Positions 12,425 through 28,471 are shown, counted from the stretch's first letter. The stretch is DNA of 64,000 bases from the human T2T-CHM13v2.0 reference genome, Homo sapiens (GCF_009914755.1 NC_060947.1); one strand, 5' to 3'. The notes: generated from the sequence alone by a model not told the origin. Program-made: numbers and translations.

Positions 12425-14417
12425 TCAATACTGCCCAGTAGCCTTGATATAGGAAATCTCCTGTCTCCAGGGGGCTCCTTAGGGGGAAAAGCACTGTTAC
12501 TTGACTGAAAACTGCAGATATATTTTTAAATAGATTAATCTGATTAATATATCTCCAGTCAGGCTCCTTATCTAAATTTTCACAAAATAAATGCTTCCAC
12601 CAAACCTGAGGAGAAGGAAGTTAAAATAGTGTCAAGTGAATGAAAATCCAACTCTGAGCACCCTGTAGCTGAGGACCAAGGCAATTTCTCAGAATAGAGG
12701 GAAAGGCCAGAGCCCTCTTGGCTGCCCCCACCAATTCCCCATCATTTGTCAGCCTGAGACCCTGTGTTCAACCGAGCTTGTTTCTCCTTCTCAGCTCACA
12801 TCTGAACACTCACGTTTCATTTAAAAACCAACCTACCCTATTCTCAGTTATGTTTGAGTAGAGGAAAAAAGTAAATTGGGAGAGTTTTAGATAAGTCCTT
12901 GCTTCATTTCATTTGTAAACACATAATAATCCTACCTGATTTTATAATTTTGGTCATAAAGTGCTAAGCCCCCTCCATTGTTTTTCTTTTAATAAAGGAG
13001 GCTGCAGTTCAGGGATTTTGCTATAACCTTACAACTCAGTCTACAAAATCTTATAAACAGCTCTGGGATCCAAAGCTGGGATACATCTCATATGACAGCA
13101 TTGTTATCCATGGACATAGCAAGGTACAAACTGGATGTAGTTCCTAAACCAGTATGCTTTTGGTAAATGCCCAATTCTTTTTACAATTGCCTCTATTGTT
13201 ATCTGCACTCTAATTTCTCTATTGTCCAGGGAAATGTATTTATGGGGACAGATTGATGCAGCAGATAAGCAGATACATGGACTAGATGCAAAAGTGCCTT
13301 GCAAGGAAGGAAGATGAGTCAAACACAACTCAGGTTGGAGGGAAATGGATTTTTTAAATAAATGAAATTTCAGGATGTTAATGTGACTTATTTCACTTAA
13401 TGGAGCTGGTGAAGGATGGCTCAGAGGTAACAAATCCCTTGCCTGCTCAGGCTGAGCAGGGTATCATGTTTCCCAAAAGTTTGCCTCCCTCACCTTAAAA
13501 AGGATCCTGACGTTGCATGAAAAAAAATCACTGATTATTCTCCAAAGATAGGTCTATCCTTTTCTGATTTTTTTTTCTTTCCAGCTAAAAGGTCTGGGGG
13601 AGGTGTGATCGGCAGCTTTTGGGAACATTTGACGTCTATCATCTTACCAAATGGGCCTTTAAATGAACCTGTCATTTTGTCCTTGAACAATTAGTGCTTT
13701 ATGGCCTGCACACTTGCAAATTACAACCACACTTTTGTGTGGGTTTTCAAAAGGGAGCCCCATTTCCCACAGTACAGAAGGGGTTTCTATGTTGTATGAC
13801 TTGGAAATTCTGTCTCAACAGCTCTGATAGCTCCACCTGCCCTCAGTCTGAAATGACAGCTTCACTAGAAGAAATAAATGATTCAGTCCAAGGTATTGAG
13901 GAACTTGAGAGCATCAGAGAAGCTTATTCTTTGGATGCTTACAAATGGGTCATTGCATATTTTGGTCCAGGAAGAGAGAAAATTGGCATCGGCTTGTCCC
14001 TTGAAAGCTACCAGAAATGAAGGGACGCCATCTCGGAAATAATAACGTCAGTGGGGGAAGAGAATTTGCTTTGTCAAAATTGGATTCACATGTCCCTTTT
14101 GGGAGCATACTCATTTCATTAAATTGGAAATGCCAAATCTGGGGAAATTGAGGCATCAGCATAAAAAAAATCACTAGGAATAGGGAGATCGGGTAAAAAT
14201 TAACCAGTTAAGCAGCCTCCTTCCTCTTTTTGCCTGCTTCATGCTTTTCCTGCCTGGAAGCCAGCCAGTTGTCCTGTGCCTCCCACACTTGCCAGTACAT
14301 TAGAGTCGATTATTTGTCCCTTTTTGTCAGCATTGAAATGAGGAGTCAGGCCCTGCCAAGGTAGCTCCACTGAGTGGGGCAATGATTTATAGATTAATTA
14401 TTTTAAGGAACAAGGCA

Positions 14418-14660
14418 GCACAGTGTGATGCAGTAGAAAGAGTGCCATGCTAGGTGAGGACCTGCATTTTAGCTCTGGCTCTGATCCTTAATAGCTGGTT
14501 GACTTTGGGCAAATCACTTAACCTACCTGGGCCTTGGTCTCCTTATCTGTAAATTGAAAGTAACAATTGACAGCTGTGGTGATCAAATAAAATCCTGGCT
14601 ATGAAACCATTTTGTTCACTCTGAGGCACTAAACATATGTAAATGATTGTTATTGTTATT
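14418..14660 (+). mobile_element. MIR-family SINE
   Basis: gactttgggcaaatcacttaacctacctgggccttggtctccttatctgtaaa. Confidence 0.75.
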
Positions 14661-15003
14661 AGACTTCTGGGGCATGCCATGGTAACACCACCTGGCCAAT
14701 AAGGGGCCTCATTTTTCAGTCACAGGACCTCAGGGAGTAGCCTAGAAGTGATATAGAGAAGAAGGCCTTGAATTTGTTGCCCTTATAGTCCAGTCCGCAA
14801 ATCTGCTCAACTCTGCCACAGGATCGGAAATGGGTCACATTATAATTAGTACTAACTAAACACTTTACTTCTTAACACTAATGAGCTCCCAAATGTTTTA
14901 TGACAATTAGCTTCTCAGCACTAAGAACAATTTGGGATATGGGGTGTAAATTACAGTTTATAGTTTCTCTCCATTATCTGTGCATATGGAGGACAGAAAA
15001 CAG

Positions 15004-15097
15004 GATGGGTTGTTCTAGAAAATGGAAACTTCCAAGGTCACATAATATAGGATGAGTTATCCTAAAGAATGAAAAATCCCAAAGTCACATAGTATAT
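15004..15097. repeat. Old 47-bp tandem duplication (2 copies, 36/47 identical)
   Basis: gatgggttgttctagaaaatggaaacttccaaggtcacataatatag versus gatgagttatcctaaagaatgaaaaatcccaaagtcacatagtatat. Confidence 0.75.
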
Positions 15098-15463
15098 GAT
15101 TTGGTTCAGAAAGTTTTTTTGAGGCTATATGCTGGGAGAGGTACTAAGAAATCATGTCTTCAATACAATTTTTCTGTGATGAGTCCATGAGGTCGATAAG
15201 CCATATGTAGATAATTCTTACTTTCTCTAGTAGTACACTTTTATTTTACAGGTGAAAAAAAAAAATCAAGGCATTTCTTAAAGCGTTTGTAAAATAGGGT
15301 ATCAAGGCCAGGTTCTCTAACTTCCCCATCCAGGGTTCTACCCAGGAGGTCCTATTTCTCAAAGAATTCCGATAGAAATCTTTACTGCTACCCACACATT
15401 GGTTTGATATTTGGATTGGTTTCACTTCTCCATTCAGTGGCATATCTGGTAAATATTCTGTCA

Positions 15464-15957
<494 letters not shown>

Positions 15958-16058
15958 TTATTTTGTTCATATCAAGCCATATGACCGGTTTGACTGCCTC
16001 TCTCTGGAATTGGGTGGTTGTTTGGGGGTTGCACTTCCACAACCTTAAGGTTACCAAA

Positions 16059-16555
16059 TTTTTGATATGAGTTCTACATTTCTTTTCAAATAATTAATAT
16101 GTCAGTATGTTCAATTCTTTGCCTTCTACTTTTAAACTTAACTTCCTCGTAAAGCAACCTTTTTCAATTACCTACTCCACCCTGACTCATTCCGATTACC
16201 TGCTCCACCCTAAATCATTCGGATCACCTGCTCTACCCTAACTCATTCAGATTACCTGCTACCTGCTCTGCCCTGACTCCCGCCAAAACACTCACCCCGT
16301 CATTCTCTTTAAATTAGCCAATCGGAATTAGTTTAGTCTGTGCGGTCTAACCCTAGCCAATAGGGGAACGACACAGCAACACGTGCGTCAGGGATAAGAG
16401 CCCCTTCCCCTCCCTTGTCCAAGTGTGCACTCACCATTGCTCCATCTGTAAGGGCGCACCCTTCTATAGAAGTAACTTGCCTTGCTGATAATTAAAAAGA
16501 AAATTTTATATTCGAGTGCTATTCCTTTTGCAGCACCGAAACTTTATATATAACA
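16059..16555 (+). mobile_element. Solo ERV1 LTR, LTR10A/LTR10F-like (HERV-I family)
   Basis: gatatgagttctacatttcttttcaaa...aatatgtcagtatgttcaattctttgccttctacttttaaacttaacttcctcgtaaagcaacc, an internal 28-bp repeat array, and a 3' end ...caccgaaactttatatataaca match the recalled LTR10 consensus. The TSD is not cleanly preserved. Confidence 0.85.
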
Positions 16556-17343
16556 GAAACCTTCCCGGTATATCAGGCGTGACACAGGTGCTCAAAGCAG
16601 ATCTGGCCTCAATAGTGAGTGATTATTTCCCGCAGGCTGGCAGTTGCTCTAGGGCTGATATTGAATGTTACTACATGTAGAAAGCTGGCCACATCATCCT
16701 AACACTGGTTAACGTTCAAGAGGAGGCAGGTAGACAGAGTGCTATGGCGATTGTAGGCTTTGTGTGCTGCAGAAAAGCTGACCGAGGTCTCCTGGTTAAC
16801 TCTGGTGAACTGTGCTTGGTAAGGACTTTAAAACTCCCTAATCTATAACTTCCTCCAGGCAGCTCTGAGTACCTCAGCCCAATCTCAGTACCAGTCCTTT
16901 ATCCCTCTGGCCCTGGATATGTATTCATGGCAATGCTATAATTCACTGATTTTTCCTCTTGTCTTTGCCCAAATGTTGCCTTTTGTCTCACATCCTTTTG
17001 TGTGTACCTGCGAGGTCTTTCCAAAGAGCTACCTGGAAAGCAGGGACCTCGGTCAACTCAGTGAACCTGATAGACATCTCCAGGGCATGCTGGGAGGGGT
17101 GCTGGAGGGCCTCCTTTGACTAAACACATTTCTCCAGCCAGACTTTCTTGGTGAAATTGCTACTATTAGAGCACTTTAGCTGGCTAATGACAAAGAAAGC
17201 TCCTATTAGAATGCTCATTTAAGGATACTGAACCATTATCGGCCATTAGCATCCTCTTTTGAATTAGTATATCATATAAGCCAGTCAGTCACTTAGAAAA
17301 GCTTTGGAGAAATGGGACTTCAGTTTAGGGAGGCTCTGCAGTT

Positions 17344-17378
17344 AAACAAACAAACAAACAAACAAACAAACAAACAAA
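17344..17378. repeat. (AAAC)n microsatellite
   Basis: About 8 perfect units, roughly 43 nt from the exon donor at 17421. Confidence 0.95.
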
Positions 17379-17421
17379 ACACCTATAAAAGTTCTATATC
17401 TTGTGTAAAGTCAAGCCTTAC

Positions 17422-17657
17422 CCTCAGCCTCCTTTCAAAAGCCGAAACATTGCCTTTGTTTTGCTCCTTCCTCTGCCGCCACTCGATGAGGTTTGCATTG
17501 TGCTCTCCGGGCAATGAGATGTTGCATTTGCCCAGGGTAGGGTTGACTGCCCCTGCCAGGATGTGGGGCTCTGAGCTGAGGCCGATCTCCATCCCGCTGG
17601 CAAAAGTGACACGCAGGGAACCATCTGGATTCACCCGATAGGTACTTTGAGTATTTT
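17422..17657 (-). CDS. TENM1: Teneurin-1 coding exon, 236 nt, phase 1/0
   Basis: (E)NTQSTYRVNPDGSLRVTFASGMEIGLSSEPHILAGAVNPTLGKCNISLPGEHNANLIEWRQRKEQNKGNVSAFERRLR; acceptor ctacag|AA, donor AGG|gtaagg. Confidence 0.97.
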
Positions 17658-18707
17658 CTGTAGACAGAAGAGCAAAGGAGGAAGAGGGGGAAGGAAGGGA
17701 AGAGCAGGAAGCAGAAAAGAGACAGGTTTAGTTTTAGGAGGCACGTTTGGGGGATAAGCAGGTGGGGTGCTGTGGTCCTATCTGCCTTCTGGGCTAGACT
17801 ACCGCTCTGACAGGCAAACGTGTTCCCTATCCATTTGGGTCTTGTTATTTTCACAGCTGGAGTATCTGTTTCTTGGATAAAAGACTCTTGTCTAACACTG
17901 CAGGCTGTTTTTGTTTTTTTCTTTTTTCATTTTTAAAGAATTCCCTCCCTCACTGACTTGTTGGATCAGCCTCCTCAGTTTGATATGCTGGGAGCTAGAA
18001 TGAGAAGAGTGTGAAGTTCAACGTAGCACCTTACCACCTGGGCCCACCATCACAGTTGCCGTACTCCACAAAATACCACTAACAAAAGTTAGTGTACTCT
18101 TAGAGTGTCTGGTGTCACCACCTAACAACAGAATGAGGTCTTAATGACAGGGCAGAGAGAAAGCAATTTCTCTTTGTGCACTTGTCCTCTAGCTTCTAAG
18201 ACATTCCAAATCCTATCTCCCTTCCTTCCTTTCTTCTTCTGTTCTTCCTTACTTTTCTGTCTTCAAATATAATGAGTTTTTAATTCTCTCATTTCACTTA
18301 TATTCTTGCTTGGTCTGTATCCTAAGATTTTCCTTTTTCTTCACCCATGTTGGCATTGATCTAGAATGCCAAGCTCAGCTGGAGCCCAGGCTCCATTTAT
18401 TTAATATAACCTAGCCAGACCCTGAAAGACCTTTGCAAACAGCTGGGTATTGGGAAATAAGTTGATAGCAGAGCAGACTTGGCAGGGATTGAACCTCATG
18501 ACTCCCACAGAGATGGGCCCAAAGTTGATGTGAGAACTTGTAAAAGGTGTGAATTTTGTCTGTGTTTCAACTTCCATAGCTGGAAAACAGGAAGAGTACA
18601 TCTTCTCAGCTAGAGGTGAATTCTGTTTATGAATGGTGTACGCAGGTTTCAAGGTGGATGTTGACATAGGGGCTGTTACAGTCAGATATCGTTGGAAACA
18701 ATCTTAC

Positions 18708-18880
18708 CTTGTTTTAAAATATATATGGTACTAGTTGCCGTCAAGTTGGTTGACATGAGGACATTTTCACGGTTGGAAGTATCTAGCTCCACTTTTGTCA
18801 GCTTCTCCAGGTCACTGTGGAAGCTGCTGACCTCTCCAGTGGGAAACGTTGCATTTGTCAGGTGTCCCTCGGGGTCATAC
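18708..18880 (-). CDS. TENM1: Teneurin-1 coding exon (YD repeat), 173 nt, phase 2/1
   Basis: YDPEGHLTNATFPTGEVSSFHSDLEKLTKVELDTSNRENVLMSTNLTATSTIYILKQ; acceptor cctcag|G, donor CAAG|gtaaga. Confidence 0.97.
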
Positions 18881-20543
18881 CTGAGGAATGTAACCAATCC
18901 CAGCTTTGAAGCGTCTCGGCAGTGATAACAGGACTTTGCAAAATAAAAATCACTTGGCAGCTAATACAGTTTAACTTTGAGTGATAACAAGTATTATTAA
19001 CCTTGTTCAAGAAGAAGAAAAAGGTCAGAGAGATGATTAATCAAACGAAGGTATTTTTTGCAGCTTCTGAATTCTTGATAACTTCCTTGAGCTGTGCTGT
19101 TTTACAGAAAAAATATATCTGGTAATGAATCACCAGGGTGGAACACTGATTTATGAATCATGTCCTGCTGTGTGCAACGTTGCAGGGAGGCCTCCGTTTG
19201 CGATTTGGGTCGATCCCATTAGAGGTGATGGATTACAAAACCCAGCAGAGGGTGCTGTTGTCAAAGCAAAAGAAGGTACAAAAGGGCCCTCAAAGGCTGA
19301 GAAGCCAATATACTGACTTTGGGTTATGATGGGAAAATTATAATTTGCTGCTGTTTAAGTTGCCAAATTTGAAATGAATGAATCATTCTTCCAACAAAAT
19401 GAACAGGCACAGAGGATAATGGAAACATGTTCATTAAAACATTCTGGAGCCCTCTGATCTTGATGTCACTTAAATTTTAAAAATCTTTTTAGGGTATAGT
19501 ACATAAGGTTTTGTAATTTGTCTATATGAGTAAGAGACAAAAAATAATTACCTGGGATAATAGGCTATAAGCTATATCTAGAAATATAGTCTAGGGAGTT
19601 TACTTTTTCCAAAAAAAAAAAAAAAAATCAGAATTATTGGCAATCTCACTGTCCTCCAAATGAAAACTGCTTCCCTGAAGGCTTTTGATGTGGAGCTGTT
19701 CTTTTATTGCCAATAGAACCATGAAAAATAAACACTTCATTAAAAGTAAACACATGTACTTGGAAACCCATTACTGTTTTCTTTTCAAGTTGCAAATTAC
19801 AAAATATTTAAGCACTTTTATTTGCCTTTTAAAATGTTAAACAATTATATTCTTTTTACCCAAAATGAGCAGGATTCAGCCTGGACACAATGGTAGAGAC
19901 TGGCTGTACTACTCCCTCCCCCAACGATTACACAAAGTGGCATAGTAATTCAGTATCAATCCATTATATTCTAAAAAACTCAGCCTGGGTAGTTGCTCAA
20001 ATTTTAATAACTATACCAGCCTTTGGAAGGCTTGGGAAAAGCAGTTGGACTGTACTTTATAGGACAGACTTGAACTTGAGCCTATACATAATGCCACCTA
20101 AAGTTCAGTTCTGCATATACACGTGCGTGTGTGCACACACACATATATATTATCAGTTAAAACAGTCACATATGTGAATAGAATGAATCAAATAGGTTAT
20201 TGACATCACAGATATGCCTAGCCTTAGATGTTAAATTGGGTGTCTCCTTTGTTTAAATGGATTTCAGTCGAAATGGTTGGCACAGTGCTATTATGCAGCT
20301 AAGGACGCGTTATCAAAGAAAGACTGAAGAGTGCTGTTTCTTCCTGGGGTTAATGGCAAAATCCTTCCCTCTGCAAAGACTGCCCACGTTCTGCCTGCTG
20401 TGGGGCTCTATAGCTACAAGAAGCAGAAGAACGGAGCATAGGAAGGCTCGAATACCCACTTTAGCCCCAACCTTGTCTGTTTGGTCTTCCATCCAGGGGA
20501 GAAAAACAATAATATCCAGCCTTTTTTAAAAAAAATTAATTAA

Positions 20544-20976
<433 letters not shown>

Positions 20977-21023
20977 TGAGGCACCAGCAACTTTGCCTCA
21001 TTGGTTTCCCTTTCCTGATTTCT

Positions 21024-23173
<2,150 letters not shown>

Positions 23174-23697
23174 TTTCCTGATTTCTAAAGGGATTCCTCA
23201 ACCCTTGACAAGCTCACTCTATCATTCCTCCAGGAAAGCTGAACTTAGATGCTGTGGATGCAGGTTCCACATGGACTTTCCAGCTTGGGGGCAGTTTCCT
23301 TCAGTCACACAGCCCCTTGTTTTAAGGGAAGATCTCATGTAAAGATATGAGCAGTGGTTATATCCACTCATCAGAGCAAGATGACAAGATCAGATACCAA
23401 CTGGGCCATCCATGCATAGGGGTACAAGGGTCAAAATTCCCAATGAACCTTTGCAGTGACCTGTGGCTAAATCTGGTTTCCTAGTCCACCCACCCAAACA
23501 CCTTTTCAGCTAAGTTATTGGTGGTCTTTGTCTGATAAACATTTCAAAGCTTATTTCCAAGAGCACAGGCATATTCCTACATATTTTGTACCCATCCCTC
23601 CTCCCCATATTGACGGTGGTATATTCAGAGAGGCAAGCTAAAGATTCCTAGATAAGACTGTAATTACCCAGATAGATTTAGCTGGGAGACTGCTTGG

Positions 23698-23762
23698 TGT
23701 ATATGTGTGTGTTTGTGTGTGTGTATGTGTGTGTGTGTGTGTGCACGCACGTGTGTGTGTGT
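23698..23762. repeat. Interrupted (TG)n alternating purine-pyrimidine tract
   Basis: Read directly from the sequence. Confidence 0.92.
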
Positions 23763-25099
23763 TTTCTGGTGAAGGAGGCAATGGTGTTGGGAATAAGATA
23801 TTTCCCATGGGTCTGTCCAGTTGTTGGGTAGCTGGAAAGTTATATTGCCTCATTTCCTTTCTGTGGCCAGAGAGGCCAATGAAAGTGTACATTTGACTGT
23901 AACTCCATGATAAACAAAGCACCCCAACTCCAACACACTCACATACCCCAATTCTGCTAGTTCACAGTTAAAGCAATCACATTTAATGGTATCTGCAGGG
24001 TGGTGTCTCTGATGCTCAATATGGCCCTGGATCAAAACATACAGATCCCACCTCTCTTCTGTTGGGTCATTTCCAAAGGAAGAACAACAGGCAGATGTAC
24101 ACATCAGCGGGTAATTCCTACAACTTTGGAAAGATTGCTCAAAGTGGATAAGAAATAGAGCGAGATTTTGATTTCTTATAGCTTACTTGAGTTTTTTCTG
24201 TCATCACAGGGGAATGCATCTTTCCAGACTGAGTGTCGAAGAAACAAGTTTAATCAAAATCTCTTCTGCTGTGTGTTTCCCTTCGGTGCCTCCATCCTTT
24301 GGTGCAGAGATACAAGCCGATATGCTCCAACGAATCCCTTCAGGCCACAGCATGGGAGCAAACCCACCCTCTTTGCATGCAGGGCACAGCACTCACCTAA
24401 CCAGGCTGCAAATTATAGCTGCTGAATTGTGCCATCAGGAAATGACAGTTGCCTTCATAGCCATCAGAAGTGGATTTGGTAAGAGGAGATTTGTTATCAA
24501 ATTGTCCCTTGCTGTCCTGATTTTACAGAGTTCCACTGTGATGGTCTCAGAGGGTACCAGACAGTTAAGTATTGAGTACACTCACCCTTTTCCTCAGCAC
24601 TGTCATAGGCTGTGTGCATGTGCACTTGAGTGAGTGTGTGTGTGCATGTGCACACATGTGCACCCCAGTAGAGCAAAGGAAACATTTGTAAAGAAAATTC
24701 AGAATCCATTCTTGTCCTTGAGAAGCATATAGTTTAGTTGGAGAGATGATATTTACACATGATTAAAAATATATTTGGCCTGGTATTTTCTCATAAGGGA
24801 TAGCTTGCCCTTTCCTCTGAGGACAATTTAAGCCAGAGTTAAACTGTTCAAGATAAAACTAGAGGCTCCCACACCTTTGCTTTAAAAAAAAATTGCAGAT
24901 AATAGAAGAGAAATTCATTACTTACTCTTTTAAAGGAAATATGAAAGAGTCAGACCCTCTTTACACTTTCATGTCAGAAAGCTGACCAACCTAATAAGAA
25001 TTCTTTAGGAAATATGGGATTCCCCTTTCCTCACTAATAAATTCCTTTGGCTTCCTATGATTCAGTTCCAAGTCCATAATGTCCTTCTATCTTCATTTG

Positions 25100-25630
25100 T
25101 CCTTCATTCAATAAATATCAGAGTCTTGTGCTAGGGACCAGGGATACAGTGCTGAATGAAATTCACAGTCTAGTGGGGCAGATAAGATATGCACACAAAT
25201 AACTCTAATGCCAGAATATTGCCATGAATTTCTGTAAAGAAGAAACTAGAATCTCAGAAGAGGCAAAGGTCATTTCCAGCTGGGCTGAGCAGAATAGGAG
25301 GAGGAAGAGCAGAAGCAGGTGGTGTTTGAATCCTAGAAGGTAGGTAGAGATTGGGAAGGGGAGGAAGGCATTCCAAATGGAGGTATGAAGAAAGGCACGC
25401 TGACTGATGGGATGTCTACTGGGGGACCAGCATTGCTGGAGCACAGGGTTCCTCTAGGAGGGTAGTGAGAGATAAGGCTTATACAATAAAGAAGCATAGA
25501 CAGTTTTTCAAGGGGATAAAAGGATGATCCAAACAGTGTTTTGGTGGCAATGAGTCTTGGAAGGGGAGGCAAGGAGCAGGGAGAACTGTTAGGAGGCTGC
25601 AGACCCAGTTCATATATGAGAAGATGGTGG
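25100..25630 (-). mobile_element. L2 fragment
   Basis: Antisense L2 3' end: ttcattcaataaatat...gtgctagggaccagggatacagtg...tcacagtctagtgggg. Confidence 0.65.
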
Positions 25631-25659
25631 TCTGTTGCCTTCGTTAAATATATTGTGAT

Positions 25660-25802
25660 TGCCTATCATTCAGATTTGTCTTCCCCACTAGACTGTACAA
25701 CTCTCACATCTTTAGAGGGAGGACACAGTGTCTCATTCATTTTTATATTCTCCGTGTCTGGAACAGAGTAGATCTCACTCCATGTACTTGTTGAATGAGT
25801 AT
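25660..25802 (+). mobile_element. L2 3'-end fragment
   Basis: ccccactagactgt...gtgtctcattcatttttatattctcc...cttgttgaatgagt. Confidence 0.6.
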
Positions 25803-28471
25803 AAATAGGATGCTGCCAGTGAAAAAAAGGATGGGGGTGGATATGAGAGCCAATGTGGTTACAGAACAGACAGAACCATCGATAGTGCTTCTGGGAGGGC
25901 ACACTCAGGTTACATAGATGTGCTATGGAGTTCAGCGGAACTTCCCTACCAGCTTCTGTTACTTCTGTTCACTCTGTCTTTATTTCAGTTCTTCCCAGAA
26001 ATACCGACGATAATTCTGTTTTACTCACTCTTGATCCTTATCAAGGGCATAAAGCACAAGGAGAGGTGACTGAGCAAGGGTGTCAACTCTCTATTTCTAA
26101 AGATCTGAAGGAACAGCCAACATTTCTATGTTCTTGTTTAATTGAAATCATTCACCTGCCTGGAGGCATGTGCCTGAACCATACAATGCCTTAGTTCCTT
26201 TTCTACTCTGGGATTCTAGAAGGCATTGGAAACGTCACATGTGTTTAGAATGACTGATTATTACATAAGCATTTCTGCATGGGAATCGCATCCTATCCCC
26301 AGGCAAATATCTCACCCAGAGACATGGCTTGTTTATCTTGCCCCCTACCCCTTCTGATCTTATAAGGGAGAAGGGGGAATCTGTCATTAGCCATCCATGA
26401 TAAAACTGGGCATTTGTAAAACAGTCTAGAAGATACCCAGAGATATTATGAAGGCTTCTCCAACCTGTCAGTGGGTGGTGTTTTTGTTTGTTTGTTTGTT
26501 TGTTTTTTGTTTTCTTGATGGGAGGAGAGGATGTGTTAATAAAGTCTGAAAACAGAGAATGCAGAAGACGAAGGATCAAGAGATCATGTAAACGGAGAGT
26601 CTCCTTCAAGTGGGAGGGCTTCCCACAAAGGGCAAGGGGCCTGAGGAACCGTCAACTCAGAATGGACCAGCAGCAGTGACACGACTGATGCTTTGGCCTT
26701 AGTCTGGGACCTTTTCAGTTTAGTAGAGCAGAAGCCTTTGCCAGGGAAACAAGCAAGGGCATCCTGGCTACTTTTGCAGCCTTGTGGAGAAAGGCTTGTC
26801 TGCTGTGCGAGTTGCTAGGCCCCTCCCTCAGATCTCAGCTGCTGCGGGGTTATTACAATTAGGAGCCCACCTGTGCCGCCTCAGGCCAGTATTCGTGCCT
26901 TGACAATCACTTCCTTGTTAGCTGTTTCTCTGTGGTCAGCTTTTCCCCCTGACACTTGGGACACTCATGGGCAATGGTGCATCAAATACTAACACTTGGG
27001 GTGTGCAATTTTGATCCTGGTCCAAGTCAAATGGAATTATGAAAATTAGTGAACTATGTAAACAACATCACACTACCTAATAAAAGCCCAGGCACTACCA
27101 CTACACAAGATGCATTTTAAAATCCCATTTGGATTATCCACTGTTCAGGGTCATCTATGTCATTTTTCCTCCTGATAGCTGCAGATAATAGAAAGTTGAA
27201 TGGATTAGTGACTGGGCTACCTTTACACTGCAGTCTTCCATCCTGCCAAATTTCACTTCTGTTTCTGTTTCTCTCATGCTCCTCTCAGAGCAGAACTTAT
27301 ACTTCCACCTGTGCAAACAATTTGTCCCCTTGTCCACATAAAGAAGCCTCCCTTTTACCTCGGGGAATTACTCGAGTTCTTATAGGAGGGCCTGGTATCA
27401 GTGGTATAGCAGCCTTCTACCGACCTTAGCACTGCTCTGACCCTGACTAGAAGAGTAGGTCAAATGCTGTGTTCTCCAACTTCAGAAGGACAAGAGAAAA
27501 CTTGAAGGAGTGCTCAGAACTAGCCAAAGGACTAGAGGACAAAAGTGAAAAAAGTCAGATATTGTATAAAGACTGTAGGAGGAATTAGTCACATTATGAA
27601 GGTTGGAAAGTTGCTCATTTCTGTTTACAGGCAAGAAGGGACAGGAGCTGTGTTTTGTTAAAGACTGCTGTTCAGCACCAGAATAGACTGCTTCAGGAGA
27701 AGAGGTACCTTCTCCTTTCAACAGATGCTATTTGACCAAGAGGGTTTCAGTATAATTCTGGCTGGAGTTAAGAAGGTGGGAGAAAGAACAAATGGTTATT
27801 CAGCCTCCCTTTTCATCTCCTGGTGCTACCTATTCCTCTTTTACTGCTACTTGAGGGGAAACTTTCTAGCCCTCTAGATTTTGTATGGTCACTCTCGTAA
27901 GCCCACATGATCCTCTGTTTTCTGTTATCCTGACTCTGGATAAGCCAACTAGCATGTGAATGGGCACGTTACTTCCCTATTCTGGGTTTCGGTTTCTTCA
28001 TTTGTAAAATGACATCTAATGTCTCTTTGTGGCCATAAAATTTCATGACTACCCCCATGTGGATGTCTGTGTTTCTCATAGCTTAGTGGCTCGAGATTGG
28101 TTACTCACCAATGATGTTAGTTGATACCTTTTCACTCACTGTTGGCCAAATTCTGGTAACAGGCCTGGACCCCATTCACCGTGAGAATCTTGCCTACCAC
28201 ACAGTGCCTGCATCAATGTGATGCCAGTGGAAAACAGGCACACAAATTGATATGACAACAAAATTATCTTCTCTCTTCAGCATCATCAATTTTCCCCTCT
28301 ATATTAGATCATTTTTATCAGTATACAAATATGCTGTTATTTCTCTCACTTAAAAAACTCTTCTGTTTACTCTGTTTCTCCTCCAGCTCTAATTTCTCTG
28401 CTCTTTACAGCAAAACTCCTCAAAAGAGTTCTTTACTCACTGTCTCAGTCTCTCTCCTCCTAGTCATTCTA

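Noticed and set aside
24187-24633. 148-aa ORF in unique sequence
   Set aside because: It starts at TTG, has no recognisable domain and has overlapping ORFs of similar quality in other frames.
27671-27691. REST/RE1 site (TTCAGCACC left half)
   Set aside because: The right half GGACAG is absent at canonical spacing.
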